Positions 24,657-37,189 of a stretch of DNA of 64,000 nucleotides are shown here, one piece after another. Made by a program: the position numbers and the translations under genes. The DNA is from Chloroflexota bacterium (GTDB lineage Bacteria; Chloroflexota; UBA6077; FW602-bin22). Under the pieces are notes generated by a model. That model did not search any database and had not been told where the DNA came from. It saw nothing but the letters and a program-made list of their open reading frames with translations. Location of the stretch: contig DASRFH010000019.1 of the NCBI GenBank assembly GCA_035651675.1, positions 18,288 through 82,287 of the forward strand, written 5' to 3'. The number at the start of each line of letters is the position of its first letter. Positions within the stretch are counted from its first letter, which is position 1.

Positions 24657-26854
24657 CCCCGCGACCTGAACAGGGTGGCGATCAAGTTGTCCACGGGTGC
24701 GTACTGATCAGTCAGGACGATCTGCGGCCCGTCGGCGACGTAAGCGTCTAGCTGATCCTGGGGAAGCTCGGCGGTGATCCCGCCGAGCTTCTTGACGTCT
24801 ATGCCGTTCTCAGACCCGGCGATCACCCAAACGTTGGCGCCGCCGCTCTGCCAGGCCGGCCCGGCGGCGAGCAGCTGCACCCGTGGGAAGGCCTGGCGCA
24901 TCGTGCGCAGGGCCGAACGGAGGAGCTGGCCGTCGCGGTAGAGGTCGATGACGGTCAGCAGGTACGCGCCGCCGGGCTGCAGCAGCTCGCGCACGCGGTC
25001 GTCGTACTCCTTGGTCATGATGTGGTACGGCACCGAGAGGTCGTTCACGGCGTCCTGCACGACCAGCGTGTAGCCGCCTTTGGGCGCCTGCTCCTGGACG
25101 AACTGGCGGCCATCGAGGTTGTACGTGACCACCGGCGTATCGTCCGGCAGGTCGAGGTACCGGTGCGCCACCTGCGTCACACCCGGATCGATCTCGACCA
25201 CCTCGACCCCGACGCGCGGAAGTTGTGACGCCACCCAGCGCGGGTAGGTGTAGCCGCCGCCCCCGATCACAAGCACGCGCGGGTTCGCCTGGCCGTCGGT
25301 CAGGAAGCGGGTGATGTCGGCCTGGATCTGCTCGTGGACGTACCCGAGGTAGGTCGGGTCGCCTGGTTTGACGTAGGAGTGGACAAGATGGTCGAGCACG
25401 AGTGTCTTGACTGGCCCGGTGCCCGGTTGAACCGCGTCGCCGACCTTGATGCAGTAGTAATTCGTCTCGAGCGTGCAGCGCGACCGCGCCGCGTCGCGCG
25501 CCACCAGGAGCGCGATCGCACCGCCAGCCACCACGATGGCCGTGGCCAGCACGACCCGCCGCGACCAGAACCGTCCCACCACCATGCCGAGCAACAGCAG
25601 GAGGAGCGCCAGCCCGAACACCAACGTGTGCACGCCCACCGCCGACACGAGCCACCATCCGGTCGCGAAGGTGCCGACGATCGCGCCGGCCGTGGACCAC
25701 GCGTACACCTCGCCGGCCACGCGGCCCGAGCGCCGAACGTCGATCACCGCTAGCCGGATCACCTGCGGCGAGATGGTGCCCAGCAGCAGGACCGGGACGA
25801 AAAACACGGCCGCGGTCTCGGCGAGGATCCGCTCGACAAGCCCCATCGACGCCCACAGGGCCCCCTCGTCGAGCAGCTCGGCGAGTCGGAGGATTAGCAG
25901 CCCGCCCAGACCGCTGACGAACAAGCTGGCGCCGAGGACCCTGCGTCCGGGCCACCGGTCGGCGATCCAGCCGCCGAGGTAGTTGCCGAGCGTGATCCCG
26001 AGCAAGACCACGCCGATGATGCCGGTCCAGCTGTAGAGCGACAGGCCGAGGTACGGCGCCAGGAGGCGGCTGGCAGCGAGCTCGACACCCATGCTCGCGA
26101 AGGAGGCGACGAACACGGTGGCCGCCGCGGCGGCGAGGGGGAGCACGACGCCGGACGATCGGGCCAAGTCGGACGGCACGCCGCGCGGACCGACGAGCTC
26201 GCTCGGCCGCCACCACTCGCCTGCCAGGCCGCCGATCGCGATCAGCGCAAGGCCCACGCCGACGACGATCGTGTTGACCGGCAAGTAGGCGGTGAGCACG
26301 AACCCGGTCGCGAAGTTGCCGACGAGCGAGCCGAGCGTGGCGCACGCGTAGACGAGGCCGACCACGCGGCCGGTGCGGCCCACCTCCGGCAGTGCGCACC
26401 TGATCGCGATCGGCGGGACCATACCGAGCACAAGGTTCGGCGGCAGGAAGATGAGGGTGGTGAGCACGAAGATCCGGCCCAGAAGTGGCAGCGCTCGGAC
26501 CGGCGCCGAGCCGCCGAGGACGGCGACCAGCGGGATCGTCGCGAGCGACAGCGCTCCGCCGACCAGGAACAGCGCGCCGAGCCGCCTGGGGCTCGCGCCC
26601 CGATCGGCGTACCTCCCGCCCACGAAGTTGCCGATCGAGACCCCAGCGAGGACCACGCCGATGATCGACGTCCAGGTGTAGAGCGACACGCCGACGTACG
26701 GCGACAACATCCGCCCGGCGACCAGCTCGAGCACTAACGACGCCGCGCTCGCCACGAAGGCGAGAAAGTACGGATGAAGCGCCGATGCCGATCGCCCCTC
26801 CCGTCGGGGGGGAGCGAGCGTGAGGGCTCCTTGCTCCTGCGCGATCGCCGCCAT
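24653..26854 (-). CDS. Fused polytopic membrane (MFS-like) / spermidine synthase-like protein
   Basis: I trimmed the ORF to ATG 26854. About 500 aa of hydrophobic helices are followed by a class-I methyltransferase/spermidine-synthase-like domain (VLVIGGGGYTYPRW, VEVVEIDPGV, VQDAVND). Confidence 0.75.
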   Translation of the reverse strand: MAAIAQEQGALTLAPPRREGRSASALHPYFLAFVASAASLVLELVAGRMLSPYVGVSLYTWTSIIGVVLAGVSIGNFVGGRYADRGASPRRLGALFLVGGALSLATIPLVAVLGGSAPVRALPLLGRIFVLTTLIFLPPNLVLGMVPPIAIRCALPEVGRTGRVVGLVYACATLGSLVGNFATGFVLTAYLPVNTIVVGVGLALIAIGGLAGEWWRPSELVGPRGVPSDLARSSGVVLPLAAAAATVFVASFASMGVELAASRLLAPYLGLSLYSWTGIIGVVLLGITLGNYLGGWIADRWPGRRVLGASLFVSGLGGLLILRLAELLDEGALWASMGLVERILAETAAVFFVPVLLLGTISPQVIRLAVIDVRRSGRVAGEVYAWSTAGAIVGTFATGWWLVSAVGVHTLVFGLALLLLLLGMVVGRFWSRRVVLATAIVVAGGAIALLVARDAARSRCTLETNYYCIKVGDAVQPGTGPVKTLVLDHLVHSYVKPGDPTYLGYVHEQIQADITRFLTDGQANPRVLVIGGGGYTYPRWVASQLPRVGVEVVEIDPGVTQVAHRYLDLPDDTPVVTYNLDGRQFVQEQAPKGGYTLVVQDAVNDLSVPYHIMTKEYDDRVRELLQPGGAYLLTVIDLYRDGQLLRSALRTMRQAFPRVQLLAAGPAWQSGGANVWVIAGSENGIDVKKLGGITAELPQDQLDAYVADGPQIVLTDQYAPVDNLIATLFRSRG

Positions 26855-26889
26855 GGCGGCACAGTATAGGAACGAGGCTGCGTGCCGAC

Positions 26890-26918
26890 TTGTCAGTCGC
26901 CGCGGGCGACCGTACAAT
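26890..26918 (+). promoter_or_regulatory. Sigma-70-like promoter for gltB
   Basis: TTGTCA (26890-26895), a 17-nt spacer, then TACAAT (26913-26918), about 140 nt upstream of the gltB ATG. Confidence 0.45.
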
Positions 26919-26962
26919 ACGGGTAGTCTCGGAGGACGCGGGACACCGTAAGACGACGACGT

Positions 26963-27007
26963 CCACGGCCTGAGCCAGGTGCGGCCAGGCGGTGGGCGTT
27001 TTTGTTT
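26963..27007 (+). terminator. Terminator-like hairpin plus U-tract inside the gltB 5' leader (possible attenuator)
   Basis: Arms CCACGGCCTG (26963-26972) and CAGGCGGTGG (26986-26995) pair over 10 positions with one G-G mismatch. GCGTTTTTGTTT follows. It lies between the predicted promoter and ATG 27057. Confidence 0.4.
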
Positions 27008-27056
27008 CCCCCGGCAGGCTGGACCGCATCTCAAAAGCGGGGAAGAACGTATCCGG

Positions 27057-31580
<4,524 letters not shown>

Positions 31581-31606
31581 ACTCCCACCGATAAGGGAGG
31601 CACCTC

Positions 31607-32281
31607 TTGCTCCAAGGAAAGCTCGTTTCGCTGCGCGGGGTCGAAAAAGAAGACCTCGAGCAGATCCGCGAGTGGCTCACCGACCCCGAGCTTCTGCACC
31701 TGCTCGGCGCCCGCCCCATGCCGCTCGGCAACGTCGAAGCCGACAAGCTGCCCGAGCTGTTCCGCCTGCGGGAGGGCCGCGTCCTGGCCATCACGTCGAA
31801 AGACAAGGGGCTCGTCGGCCTCATCGCGGTCGGCAACTTCCACGAGTTCAACCGCACCGCCCAGGTGCTGGTGCTGGTCGGCGACCGCGGCGAGTGGAAC
31901 CGCGGCTACGGCACGGACGCGCTGCGCTCGGTGACGCGCTTCGTCTTCGAGGACCTGAACCTCAACTGCCTCGAGGCGCACATCCCCGAGTTCAACACGC
32001 GCGCGGTGCGGGCGTTCGCCAAGGTCGGCTTCCAGCAGGAGGGAAAGCTTCGCAGCCGACTGTTCCTGCGAGGGCGATACTGGGACGTCGTCGTCGCTAG
32101 CGCGCTGCGCGAGACCTGGAACGGCGAGCGCGCCGCCGACCCGACCGCCGCGGTCAGCCAGGCTGTCCCGCCGCCGCACTCGACACCCGAGCCGACACCG
32201 CAGCCGCCTGCCACGCCCCAGCCGGTCCAGATCGGCCAGAGCGACCAGCCGATTGCCCCACCGATCTCGCCGACCGTCTAG
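31607..32281 (+). CDS. GNAT family N-acetyltransferase (RimJ/RimL-like) with a Pro-rich C-terminal tail
   Basis: LRGVEKEDLEQIREWLTDPE and WNRGYGTDALRSVTRFVFEDLNLNCLEAHIPEFNTRAVRAFAKVGF match the acetyl-CoA binding core. Confidence 0.75.
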   Translation: MLQGKLVSLRGVEKEDLEQIREWLTDPELLHLLGARPMPLGNVEADKLPELFRLREGRVLAITSKDKGLVGLIAVGNFHEFNRTAQVLVLVGDRGEWNRGYGTDALRSVTRFVFEDLNLNCLEAHIPEFNTRAVRAFAKVGFQQEGKLRSRLFLRGRYWDVVVASALRETWNGERAADPTAAVSQAVPPPHSTPEPTPQPPATPQPVQIGQSDQPIAPPISPTV

Positions 32282-32286
32282 CCCCG

Positions 32287-32856
32287 GTGGTCCTGAGCGA
32301 CCGCTCCATTAAGGAGCTCGTCGGCGCGGGTCGCATCGAGATCGACCCGTACGACGAGCAGCGCGTCCAGCCCTCCTCCGTCGACCTGACGCTGGGGGAC
32401 CGCATCCGCGTCTTCGCGAACAACCACCGCCACGCGCTCGTGGACCTCCGGAAGCCCTCGGAGGACCTTACCGCGCTGGTCACGCTGGAGCCGGGTAAGC
32501 CGTTCATCCTGCACCCGCACGAGTTCGTGCTCGGCATCACCCACGAACGCATCGGGCTGCCCGACGACCTGGTCGGGCGGCTCGAGGGTAAGAGCTCGCT
32601 CGGCCGGCTGGGCCTGCTCATCCACTCGACGGCCGGCTTCGTCGACCCCGGCTGGCGCGGCCGCCTCACGCTCGAGCTGGCCAACATCCTCAACTTGCCG
32701 ATCACGCTCTACGCCGGCATGCCGGTCGCCCAGATTTCCTTCATGCGGCTGACGACACCAGTCGACCGCCCCTACGGCTCGGCGAGCCTCGCGTCGAAGT
32801 ACCAGGGCGACACAGACCCTATGCCGAGCAAGTACCACCTCAACTTCGGCGATTGA
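32287..32856 (+). CDS. dcd: dCTP deaminase
   Basis: LSDRSIKELV, VQPSSVDLTLG, GKSSLGRLGLLIHSTAGFVDPGWRGRLTLEL. Confidence 0.9.
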   Translation: MVLSDRSIKELVGAGRIEIDPYDEQRVQPSSVDLTLGDRIRVFANNHRHALVDLRKPSEDLTALVTLEPGKPFILHPHEFVLGITHERIGLPDDLVGRLEGKSSLGRLGLLIHSTAGFVDPGWRGRLTLELANILNLPITLYAGMPVAQISFMRLTTPVDRPYGSASLASKYQGDTDPMPSKYHLNFGD

Positions 32857-32909
32857 AGCGGAACCTTTCGCCGCCCCGCGGCGTCTAAAGTGGTGAGAGG
32901 TGGTCGTCG

Positions 32910-33647
32910 ATGTGGAAGCTAGCCCTCGCGCTCCCCTTGCTGGCGCTCGTCGCGGCGTGTTCGCAGCCGGCCAACGCGCAGGTTCCCGTGCAGCCGACCG
33001 CGGTCGGTAGCTACCCGTCCGCCATCACGGTGGTGGGCGAGGGAACGGCCAAGGCCGATCCCGACGTCGCGTACGTCACGACCGGCGTTCAGACGCGCGC
33101 GAAGACTGCCAGGGACGCTCAAGACCAGAACACGCAGACGATGTCGAGCGTGCTCGCGGCGGTGAGGGCGCTGGGCGTGGCCGACGCCGACATCCGCACA
33201 GTCGGGTTGTCGCTGCAGCCGAACTACAGCTCCGGTCCGAACCAGGCCAGCCAGATCGATGGCTACACGGCGATCAACTCCGTGACGATCAGCGTCCAGG
33301 ACGTCACGAAGGTCGGCGCGATCCTCGACGCCGCGGTCGGTGCGGGCGCCAACCAGAACGGCGGCGTCCAGTTCGGGCTGAAGAACGACGCGCAGGCGCG
33401 CGGGCAGGCACTCGGAGACGCGGTGCGCTCGGCGCGCACCCGAGCCGACGCGATCGCCTCCGCGGCTGGCGTCAAGATCACCGGCATCGTCTCCATCACC
33501 GACCTGTCGAGCGGCGCGACGCCCGTCCCACCACCACGCCCATTCGCCGTGAGCGGCGAGGCGGCCTCCGCCGCCGGGCCTGTACCGGTTCAGCCCGGCC
33601 AGCTCAACCTGACCGCACGCGTCCAGGTGATCTTCTCTGTCCAGTAG
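32910..33647 (+). CDS. SIMPL (DUF541) domain lipoprotein
   Basis: Lipobox LVAAC. ITVVGEGTAKADPDVAYVTTGVQT...GYTAINSVTISVQD...QPGQLNLTARVQVIF is the typical SIMPL/26-kDa periplasmic protein pattern. Confidence 0.75.
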   Translation: MWKLALALPLLALVAACSQPANAQVPVQPTAVGSYPSAITVVGEGTAKADPDVAYVTTGVQTRAKTARDAQDQNTQTMSSVLAAVRALGVADADIRTVGLSLQPNYSSGPNQASQIDGYTAINSVTISVQDVTKVGAILDAAVGAGANQNGGVQFGLKNDAQARGQALGDAVRSARTRADAIASAAGVKITGIVSITDLSSGATPVPPPRPFAVSGEAASAAGPVPVQPGQLNLTARVQVIFSVQ

Positions 33648-33887
33648 CGTGGCCGCGAGCTGTGACGAAGTTCACAGGCGCCGTGCGAACCGTGCGCGGC
33701 CGAGCGGCGTTATGGCAATGTACGATCCGACGGGACCACCATGGGAGAGTACGGTGCGTTCCATAGGGGCACGCACCACCGGCTGGCGGAAAGGACCTCG
33801 AGGGAAGCAGGGATGGCGGCGACGTCGAACAGGCTGTGGGTCGTCGTGATGGTGGCGGTGGTGCTGTTGGCGCCTGTGCTGTTCGAC

Positions 33888-36551
33888 TTAACCCAACGCG
33901 GTTAGCTGCTCTTCGAGCTTCTGCGCTCGCTCGCGCGTCTCGGCTAGCCGGGACCGCTCCCGCTCGACCACGTCCGGCCGCGCCCGCTGGACGAAGCCGG
34001 TGTTCGAGAGCAGCTGCTCCAGCCGGGCGAGCTGCTGACGCGCGCCGTCGAGCTCCTCGGCGATGCGCTTCCGCTCGGCCTCGACGTCGACCATACCCAC
34101 CAGCGGCAGGAAGACCTCCACGTCGCCCGCCAGGAGCTGGAGCGCCCCCCCGGGACGCTCGGGCAGCGTCGCCTCCACGCGGAGGTTGCCGAGCCCGGCC
34201 AGATGGGAGATGGTCGGCGCGTGCTCGACAAGCAGGTCACGCGCCGCCCCGGCCTGAACGATCGCGTCGATCTTCCGCGACGGCTCGACCTTGTATTCGG
34301 CGCGCGCGTTGCGGATCACCCGCACCGTCTCGACGATCTGCCCCATCGACGCCTCGGCCGAGGGGTCAGTTGCGCCCGCCTTCGGCCAGGGAGCGCCGAT
34401 CAGCAGCTCGCGGCCCTGTTTCCTGCTCTCTGGCAGGTATGACCAGACCTCTTCAGTCACGAACGGCATGATCGGGTGGAGCAGCAGGAGCGCCCGCTCG
34501 AGCGCGTAGTAGAGCGTCGCGCGGACCGCTGCCCGCCGCTGCGCGTCGTCCGAGCGCAGCCCGAGCTTGGCGATCTCGATGTACCAGTCGCACAGCTCGC
34601 TCCAGACGAAGTCGTAGACGAGCCGCCCTCCCTCGCCGAACTGGTACGTCTCGAAGAGCCGCGTGACCTCGGCAACGGTCCAGTCGGCGCGGCTGCGGAT
34701 CCAGCGGTCGGCCAGGCCCAGGACCTCCGTGGGCACCTCCTCCGCCTGGTCCCCGCAGGTGGTGACGACGAAGCGCGCCGCGTTCCACAGCTTGTTGGCG
34801 AAGTTGCGGGCACCCTCGATCCGCTCGAGCGAGATGCGCAGGTCGTTGCCTGGCGTCGAGCCGGTCGTGAGCGTGAAGCGCAAGGCGTCGGCCCCGTACT
34901 TCTCGATGACGTCGAGCGGGTCGTCGCCCGGCCGGTGATCGGACTTCGAGATCTTGGTTCCATCGGCGTGCCGGACCATGCCGTGCAGGTAGACGGTGTG
35001 GAACGGCACCTCACCCATGAACTCGAGGCCCATCACGATCATTCGCGACACCCAGAACGTAAGGATGTCGTAACCCGTCTCCAGCACCGAGGTCGGGTAG
35101 AAATAGCGGAGATCCTCGGTGTCGTCCGGCCAGCCCAGCGTCGAGAACGGCCAGAGCGCCGAAGAGAACCAGGTGTCGAGCACGTCCTCGTCCTGGCGCA
35201 GCGCGCCGCCGCACCTCGGGCAGGCGGTCGGATCTTCGCGCTCGACGACGACCTCCCCACACGCATCGCAGTACCAGACCGGGATGCGGTGGCCCCACCA
35301 GAGCTGACGGGAGATCACCCAATCGCGGATGTTCTCCATCCAGTTGAAGTAGTCGCGCTCCTTGCGCTGCGGAAGGATCTTGATGCGGCCATCGCGCACT
35401 GCCTGGATCGCGGGCTCGGCTAGGGGCTTCATCTTCACGAACCACTGCTCGGAGATCCGCGGCTCGAGCAGCGTGTCGCAACGGCTGCACTGCGCGACCG
35501 AGTGGACGTGGTCCTCGACCTTCTCGAGCAGGCCAAGCCGGTCGAGGTCGGCCACGATCCGCCGCCGCGCCTCGAAGCGGTCGAGCCCGGCGTAGGAACC
35601 GCCGTTGTCGTTGACCGTCGCGTCCGGGTTCATGACGTTGATCGCCGGCAGGTTCTGGCGCTGGCCGATCTCGTAGTCGGTCAGGTCGTGGGCCGGCGTC
35701 ACTTTGACGGCACCCGTGCCGAACCCAGGCTCGACCGCCGCGTCGGCGACCACCGGGATCAGTCGATCCATCAGGGGCAGCCGCACCTGCCTCCCGACGA
35801 GCGCCGTGTAGCGCGTGTCGTCGGGGTGCACCGCGACACCCGTGTCGCCGAGCATCGTCTCCGGCCTCGTCGTCGCGACGACCACGTAGCGTCCGGGCTC
35901 GCCCTCGACGGGGTAGCGCACGTGCCACAGCTTGCCCGGCTGCTCGACGTGGTCCACCTCGACGTCGGAGAGCACGGTCGTACAGCGTGGGCACCAGTTG
36001 ACGATGTAGGTGCCCCGGTAGATCAGGCCCTTGCGGTAGAGGCGCACGAACGCTTCGCGCACGGCGCGCGACAGGCCAGGGTCGAGCGTGAAGCGCTCGC
36101 GGGTCCAGTCGCACGAGGAGCCGAGGCGCTTGAGCTGCTCGACGATCCGTGAGCCGTACTCCTCCTTCCACTGCCAGACGCGTTCGACGAAGCGCTCGCG
36201 GCCGAGGTCGAAGCGGGTCTTGCCCTCCTTCGCCAACGCGGCCTCGACCACGTTCTGCGTCGCGATGCCGGCGTGGTCGGTGCCGGGGAGCCAGAGAGTC
36301 CGGTACCCTTGCATCCGGCGCCAGCGGATCATCAGGTCCTGGAGCGTCGCGAACATCGCCGAGCCGTGGTGGAGCGCGCCGGTGACGTTCGGCGGTGGGA
36401 TGACGATGCAGAACGGCTCGACCTCGGCGCGGCCGCCGGCCGGTACGGCCGGCGTGAACACACCCGAGGTCTCCCAGCGCTCGTAGAGCCGCTGCTCGAC
36501 CGCGAGGTGGTTGAACGCCCGGTCCATCGCCCGCTCGGCCGTCATCGCCAT
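33888..36551 (-). CDS. valS: Valine--tRNA ligase
   Basis: Class I HIGH (PPNVTGALHHGS) and KMSKS-like (KISKS) motifs, an editing domain and a C-terminal coiled coil. I chose start ATG 36551, 7 nt after GGAGGA; the track start at TTG 36572 lies inside the leader terminator region. Confidence 0.95.
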   Translation of the reverse strand: MAMTAERAMDRAFNHLAVEQRLYERWETSGVFTPAVPAGGRAEVEPFCIVIPPPNVTGALHHGSAMFATLQDLMIRWRRMQGYRTLWLPGTDHAGIATQNVVEAALAKEGKTRFDLGRERFVERVWQWKEEYGSRIVEQLKRLGSSCDWTRERFTLDPGLSRAVREAFVRLYRKGLIYRGTYIVNWCPRCTTVLSDVEVDHVEQPGKLWHVRYPVEGEPGRYVVVATTRPETMLGDTGVAVHPDDTRYTALVGRQVRLPLMDRLIPVVADAAVEPGFGTGAVKVTPAHDLTDYEIGQRQNLPAINVMNPDATVNDNGGSYAGLDRFEARRRIVADLDRLGLLEKVEDHVHSVAQCSRCDTLLEPRISEQWFVKMKPLAEPAIQAVRDGRIKILPQRKERDYFNWMENIRDWVISRQLWWGHRIPVWYCDACGEVVVEREDPTACPRCGGALRQDEDVLDTWFSSALWPFSTLGWPDDTEDLRYFYPTSVLETGYDILTFWVSRMIVMGLEFMGEVPFHTVYLHGMVRHADGTKISKSDHRPGDDPLDVIEKYGADALRFTLTTGSTPGNDLRISLERIEGARNFANKLWNAARFVVTTCGDQAEEVPTEVLGLADRWIRSRADWTVAEVTRLFETYQFGEGGRLVYDFVWSELCDWYIEIAKLGLRSDDAQRRAAVRATLYYALERALLLLHPIMPFVTEEVWSYLPESRKQGRELLIGAPWPKAGATDPSAEASMGQIVETVRVIRNARAEYKVEPSRKIDAIVQAGAARDLLVEHAPTISHLAGLGNLRVEATLPERPGGALQLLAGDVEVFLPLVGMVDVEAERKRIAEELDGARQQLARLEQLLSNTGFVQRARPDVVERERSRLAETRERAQKLEEQLTALG

Positions 36552-36570
36552 AGCGTCGTCCTCCACCGAC

Positions 36571-36611
36571 AAAAAACGGCTTTCACCCGCCCATCGGCCG
36601 GGGAAAGCCGT
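36571..36611 (-). terminator. Intrinsic terminator hairpin in the valS 5' leader (attenuator candidate)
   Basis: On the minus strand, ACGGCUUUC...GAAAGCCGU forms a 9-bp stem with an internal CCCG/CGGG extension, followed by UUUUU. It sits between the predicted promoter and the valS RBS. Confidence 0.55.
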
Positions 36612-36670
36612 CGGACCACATATGGGCCCTCAGTTAGCGACGGCTGTGTATAATGGCCGTTGCTGTCCGA

Positions 36671-36699
36671 ATTCTAGGTAGCGCCTGAAGAGGCGTCAA
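36671..36699 (-). promoter_or_regulatory. Sigma-70-like promoter for valS
   Basis: Minus strand: TTGACG (36699..36694), a 17-nt spacer, then TAGAAT (36676..36671). Confidence 0.5.
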
Positions 36700-36814
36700 C
36701 CGGACCGGGTTCGATCGGCATCCCTCGCGAGCGCAAGCTCATCGTCCGCATATCCGGTGAACGTCAAGCCGGTGCGTTGGGCACCTGACGAGGTACACGC
36801 CTTGGGGAAGGCCT

Positions 36815-37189
36815 CTGAACGCTCTGGGACGTCATCTCCTCATCGAGCTCTACGACTGTGACGCCGCGGCGCTCGACGACCTCGATCTAGTCCGCGACAC
36901 GCTCGTCGAGGCGGCCGACCGCCTCCGATCGTCCATCCTCCACGTGTGCACGCACAAGTTCGAGCCAGTCGGCGTCACGGCGGTCGTCATGATCGCCGAG
37001 TCGCACCTGTCGGTCCACACGTGGCCCGAGCACGGCTACGCTGCGATCGACATCTTCACGTGCAGCCCGACAATGCAGCCGGCCGACGTCGTCGGTTTCA
37101 TCAGCGCGCGCCTCCGATCCCGCAAGGTGGAAACCGTGGAGGTCAACCGCGGCATCCTGCCGCTGGTGCGCGCGGGGAGGCCGGGGTGA
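36815..37189 (+). CDS. speH: S-adenosylmethionine decarboxylase proenzyme (SpeH/SpeD class 1)
   Basis: My own translation gives LNALGRHLLIELYDCD...HKFEPVGVTAVVMIAESHLSVHTWPEHGYAAIDIFTC, with the ES self-cleavage site. The track starts at GTG 36944, mid-domain. The frame is open from 36761 but has no ATG, GTG or TTG before 36944. CTG 36815 aligns with the usual N-terminal Met, so the start is uncertain. Confidence 0.75.
   Translation: MNALGRHLLIELYDCDAAALDDLDLVRDTLVEAADRLRSSILHVCTHKFEPVGVTAVVMIAESHLSVHTWPEHGYAAIDIFTCSPTMQPADVVGFISARLRSRKVETVEVNRGILPLVRAGRPG

Noticed and set aside
26919-27056. Glutamine (glnA-motif) riboswitch in the gltB leader
   Set aside because: This was attractive functionally. 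However, the conserved glnA-motif elements as I recall them (E-loop and pseudoknot with GGAAG / AAGGAACG-like cores) are not present. I kept it only as an unclassified leader.
33649-33849. 66-aa plus-strand ORF in the SIMPL-valS gap, plus local hairpins (for example GGTGCG...CGCACC around 33754-33778) as a possible small RNA
   Set aside because: The ORF is Arg/Gly-rich with no RBS. The hairpins are short, lack U-tracts and match no RNA family I recognise. Only the separate 30-aa hydrophobic micro-ORF is reported, and at low interest.
36552-36700. T-box riboswitch upstream of valS
   Set aside because: A terminator/antiterminator pair in front of an aminoacyl-tRNA synthetase suggested a T-box. 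However, the leader is only about 110 nt. I could not find the conserved T-box sequence (AAUUAGGGUGGUACCGCG-like). No loop presents a Val GUN specifier; the hairpin-1 loop is CAUUAUACACA. I kept it as an unclassified attenuator instead.
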